Assembly: GCA_018650285.1 (NCBI GenBank)
Contig: JABIGF010000001.1
Span: forward strand, 34,072-98,071
Length of the DNA: 64,000 bases
Direction: 5' to 3'
Source of the DNA: Methanobacteriota archaeon
GTDB lineage: Archaea > Thermoplasmatota > Poseidoniia > Poseidoniales > Thalassarchaeaceae
Below the pieces are notes generated by a model, which had not been told where the DNA came from, did no database searches, and saw nothing but the letters and a program-made list of their open reading frames with translations. Made by a program: the position numbers and the translations under genes. The first letter of the stretch is position 1, and each line of letters begins with the position of its first letter. Positions 60,439 to 64,000 of this stretch are shown here, piece after piece.

Positions 60439-60963
60439 ATGCTAGAAAATCCAGTTACAAGTGGAGAGAAAGATAGGCTAAAGCACGCATTGAAATTGAA
60501 ACAAGTGGTTAGAGCAGGATGGACGAGGTTCAATATTGAAAATCCTGAAACAGTTGCATCACATTGTTGGGGGATGGGATTAGCCGCACTACTCTATTGT
60601 CCAGAAGAATTAGATCGGGAGAAGGTCATTACCCTAGCGTTAATTCATGATTTAGCCGAAGTAATCGTAGGTGATAAAACTCCATATGATAACATTTCTA
60701 AGGAAGATAAGCGAACTGCAGAAGAGAGCGCCCTTGCAGTAATGCTAGAGGGTCATCCACGAGGCGAAGAGTTGCAGAATTGGTGGCAAGAATTTGAAGA
60801 CCGAACATCTCCTGAAGGGAGATATGTTGCTGACCTTGATAAGTTAGATATGGGTTTACAGGCAGAAAATTATGAGATAGATTCTGGTGAAGATTTAAGC
60901 GAATTTACTAATGCTTCTAGGAGAATGGTAAAAGATTCATATCTATTCAAATTCATAGAATAA
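60439..60963 (+). CDS. HD-domain phosphohydrolase (5'-deoxynucleotidase-like)
   Basis: LK...RAGW, ETVASH, HDLAE..GD.TP, DLDKLDM. Confidence 0.9.
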   Translation: MLENPVTSGEKDRLKHALKLKQVVRAGWTRFNIENPETVASHCWGMGLAALLYCPEELDREKVITLALIHDLAEVIVGDKTPYDNISKEDKRTAEESALAVMLEGHPRGEELQNWWQEFEDRTSPEGRYVADLDKLDMGLQAENYEIDSGEDLSEFTNASRRMVKDSYLFKFIE

Positions 60964-60976
60964 TGAATTATGTCAC

Positions 60977-62212
60977 TCAAGCAAATTTTTCTGCTGCTAG
61001 TTTTAATGCTTCAACTGCTGGCATTTTCTTTCCAGAAAGTAGTGTCAAACATGCACCTCCACCAGTGCTATTGTGTCCGATTTTTTCGCTGGCGCCACGT
61101 TGGTTCACAAGAGTGCTAGTGTGCCCCCCGCCAATAATAACGAAGGCATCGGTTTCAACACAAGTATTGAGAATTTCAATGGTGCCAAAAGCAAACTTTG
61201 ACTTTTCAAAATAAGACGCCGGCCCATTCCACAGAACACATTTTGCACCCATGATTGCAGGCCCAATGTTCATCAAAGATGCAATTCCAATGTCATATAT
61301 TGGATATTCAGTGGGCAAATTTCTAACTGAGAGCGGAGCTCTTTCGCCATCAATCTCAATAGCTAAATCAGAAGGTAATATCAGTTTGTCAGAATGATTA
61401 CTGCAGACCCATTGAGCCATTTCCCAAGTTCTATCAAACGCATCTCCAAGTTCGTTTCGAATAAAATTCTCATTGAGGTTGCCTAACTCTTTTCCATCGG
61501 CCCAAACCATCAGATTTCCTACAACTCCAACAGGAATAATTGTGTCAACAACATCGCGTTCAAGAAGATTAACTGCGATATCAAGGGAATCATCACATTT
61601 TATTCCACCTAAAACAACAACGTACGGTCGTTGTGGATTTTCAACAGCAGAACCTAATGTTTCCAATTCTTGTTGCAACAATACTCCTGCATAAGAAGGT
61701 AAAACAAGACCAAATCCAGATATTGTTGGAGAATTCCTATGTGCACAAGCAAAGGCGTCATTAACAAAAGCATCAGCAATGCTTGATAATTTTTGAACAA
61801 TTTCAGTTGCTGCCAACTCTTCAAAAGTGGCATTCTTCATCGAAGTCTCTTCACTCCAGCCACGAACATTGTCTAAGAAAATCATCTCTCCATTATTCAT
61901 TTCACTAATGGCAGCAAGTGCAACGTCTCCACAAATATCAGGTACGAAGGTGATCGTTCTACCAAGCAGAACACCGAGTAATTCAGCATGTCTTTCCATT
62001 GTGGTAAAGTCTGATTTTCCTGGCCGTGACTGGTGTGCAAGAAGTACTACTTTTGAATTTCCTAGACGGCGGAGAGTAGGCATTATTCCACGTAATCGTG
62101 AATCATCAAGAAATTCGCCGGTGATTGGATTTAATGGTGAATTTACATCAACACGGACAAGCACGGTCTTGCCCGCGAGGTCTGCATCACTCAAGGTGAG
62201 GAGCGACACCAT
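60977..62212 (-). CDS. pgk: Phosphoglycerate kinase
   Basis: VRVDVNSP, AHQSRPG, NDAFACAHR, WNGP, GGGHT, STGGGA. Confidence 0.95.
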   Translation of the reverse strand: MVSLLTLSDADLAGKTVLVRVDVNSPLNPITGEFLDDSRLRGIMPTLRRLGNSKVVLLAHQSRPGKSDFTTMERHAELLGVLLGRTITFVPDICGDVALAAISEMNNGEMIFLDNVRGWSEETSMKNATFEELAATEIVQKLSSIADAFVNDAFACAHRNSPTISGFGLVLPSYAGVLLQQELETLGSAVENPQRPYVVVLGGIKCDDSLDIAVNLLERDVVDTIIPVGVVGNLMVWADGKELGNLNENFIRNELGDAFDRTWEMAQWVCSNHSDKLILPSDLAIEIDGERAPLSVRNLPTEYPIYDIGIASLMNIGPAIMGAKCVLWNGPASYFEKSKFAFGTIEILNTCVETDAFVIIGGGHTSTLVNQRGASEKIGHNSTGGGACLTLLSGKKMPAVEALKLAAEKFA

Positions 62213-62348
62213 TGGTTCTGCGACTTGACGCCTACCTTTTATTCAAGCGGTCCCATAATTGTAGAAATTGGATAGTATCCATCTTCATTTGCCCGCTTTG
62301 CGATTCATTCATAGGGGGACAGCGAACCTCGCGTTAACTGGGGCTGGG

Positions 62349-63311
62349 ATGCCAAAGAAGGGAAGTAGTAAGGCGAATGCTGGTGAAAAATCAGTTGACG
62401 CGCGCGCAGTAGCACGAACAGGTGCTACGAAGCGCAATGGTACCAAAACATCTGACTTCGGCGTTTCTAAGCGAGAGAGCCATGATGCGACCCAGTTTTA
62501 CGGTTCAGCGATGTATCGTGGCTTGCCAAAGGAATCAGATACTGGAGATGTGGGAGTTTTACCAGATGATTTGCATAATCAAGTGATTTGTGGAGATGCG
62601 CGTGATATGCGTAATATCCCTGATAATTCAGTTCACATGATGGTCACTTCCCCACCATATAATGCCTCCAAAACTTACGATGATGACCTTGCACTTTCTG
62701 AATATCTTGACCTATTGAGAGGGGTGTTTGATGAGTGCTATCGTGTGCTTGTTCCTGGTGGAAGGGCTTGTATTAATGTTGCAAACCTTGGGCGCAAGCC
62801 GTACATTCCACTAGCATCTTTCATCAATCAGATTATGATTGAAATCGGATTTTTGCCACGGGGTGAAATCATTTGGAATAAGGCAGCAAGTGCGGGCGTA
62901 TCATGCGCTTGGGGTTCGTGGAAATCTGCATCCAACCCAACATTGAGAGATGTTCATGAATACATTCTTATTTTTTCAAAGGGGCAGTTTAAGTTACCAC
63001 GTTCACGTTCTGAAAAAGAAGAGGGGCGCGAAGATTCAATTGGCAAAAAAGAGTTCATTGAATGGACTAAGTCAATCTGGACGTTCCCTACTGTGAGTGC
63101 AAAGAGAGTGGGGCACCCAGCCCCATTCCCAGTGGAATTACCACGTCGTTGTATGGAGATGTATACTTTTGTCGGAGATATTGTTCTTGACCCATTTGGT
63201 GGGTCTGGAACGACAGGAATCGCTGCAAAGCAAAATGGTCGCAAATATCTCTTGTTTGATATCAGTGAAGAGTATTGTGAGTTGGCAGAAAAGAGAATTG
63301 CTGACAATTAA
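62349..63311 (+). CDS. Site-specific DNA methyltransferase, beta class (likely m4C)
   Basis: TSPPY precedes HPAPFP and VLDPFGGSGTT. Confidence 0.9.
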   Translation: MPKKGSSKANAGEKSVDARAVARTGATKRNGTKTSDFGVSKRESHDATQFYGSAMYRGLPKESDTGDVGVLPDDLHNQVICGDARDMRNIPDNSVHMMVTSPPYNASKTYDDDLALSEYLDLLRGVFDECYRVLVPGGRACINVANLGRKPYIPLASFINQIMIEIGFLPRGEIIWNKAASAGVSCAWGSWKSASNPTLRDVHEYILIFSKGQFKLPRSRSEKEEGREDSIGKKEFIEWTKSIWTFPTVSAKRVGHPAPFPVELPRRCMEMYTFVGDIVLDPFGGSGTTGIAAKQNGRKYLLFDISEEYCELAEKRIADN

Positions 63312-63383
63312 GCCACCGGAGAGATTTGAACTCTCGACCGCCTGATTACGAATCAGGTGCTCTACCAGCTAAGCCACAGTGGC
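63311..63383 (-). tRNA. tRNA-Thr(CGT)
   Basis: GCCACTG acceptor; D arm; CCTGA-TTCGTAA-TCAGG anticodon arm; GTTCAAATC T loop; CCA not encoded. Confidence 0.95.
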
Positions 63384-63519
63384 AACAAGGCCACCGAGTG
63401 ACCAATTAAGCATAAGAGAGCCGGTAACGGAGTTACCTTTTTGGGGAGGGAATCACACATTTTCACATTCACAATCGTTAGTCTATGTGGAGAGTTTGAT
63501 GAGGGAGGAAGGTGGCCCA

Positions 63520-64000
63520 ATGGTTATGGGCGGCGCGAGAAGTAACCCGTTGTTCCGCCGTATTTTTGGAGATGCATTCCCCTCAACGTCAGCTTTAGCA
63601 ATTGACCTTTGTAATCGAGGTGAGGTAAACAACGCTTCTCAAATGATTCATTTAGGCTCTGGAATGGGTAGTGTTTCATCGCTTATTTCTGGGCGCTTTG
63701 GTTGTACTATTTCAGGTGTTGAATCGTTGCCAATAATGGTCGAAAATGCCAATGCTGACTGGGCTAAAGATTCAGTTGAATTTCAATGCTCACCGTTACA
63801 CTCAGCGCCATTTCCAGATGCTTGGGCAACTCATCTGTTAACCGAATCCCGTCTTTCAGTTAGCCGCCAACCTGAAACAATACTTGCAGAAGCCCGACGG
63901 CTATTATGCGATGGCGGCATATTGATGAATTCTGAACTTGTAATTAGCGATTCTTCACTGCTTGAAGATAAGGTGAAGTTGTTCATGGACAATATTTTCG
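63520..64000 (+). CDS. Class I SAM-dependent methyltransferase, 3'-partial (not in the ORF track)
   Basis: Manual translation: IHLGSGMG, FGCTISGVE, PFPDA, ILAEARRLLCDGG; open to the window end. Confidence 0.75.
   Translation, partial: MVMGGARSNPLFRRIFGDAFPSTSALAIDLCNRGEVNNASQMIHLGSGMGSVSSLISGRFGCTISGVESLPIMVENANADWAKDSVEFQCSPLHSAPFPDAWATHLLTESRLSVSRQPETILAEARRLLCDGGILMNSELVISDSSLLEDKVKLFMDNIF

Noticed and set aside
5078-63345. Many 60-150 aa ORFs antisense to or nested in long genes
   Set aside because: Shadow ORFs of well-supported genes, without motifs or SD support.
62349-63383. Intact integrative element or restriction-modification system at tRNA-Thr
   Set aside because: No integrase, endonuclease or att duplication was seen; the flanks are housekeeping genes.

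Overview
Dense archaeal chromosomal segment, most consistent with Marine Group II Euryarchaeota (Ca. Poseidoniales). This assignment is inferred from archaeal ribosomal and transcription genes, GAGGTGA SD sites, bacterial-type AddAB/DnaJ, and giant WD40/TSP3 and FN3-like surface proteins. It holds the ftsZ-secE-spt5-rpl11-rpl1-rplP0-rpl12 and rpl21e-rpoF-DUF655-ksgA clusters, an AddAB-like helicase/nuclease pair divergent from an atypical TFB-like gene, an SPFH pair, a metal-handling cluster (FTR1 with a DtxR/SirR-like box, ferredoxin, CorA, MIP18-like), pgk, an orphan DNA methyltransferase and tRNA-Thr(CGT). No CRISPR array, rRNA, transposase or integrase was seen. The strongest oddities lie in core machinery: Spt5 fused to a degenerate Nudix domain, an L11 lacking its N-terminal domain, a protein with three histone-fold-like units, and a CcoN-fold membrane protein without metal ligands fused to a SAP domain. 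All family calls come from recognising motifs by eye; no database search was run.
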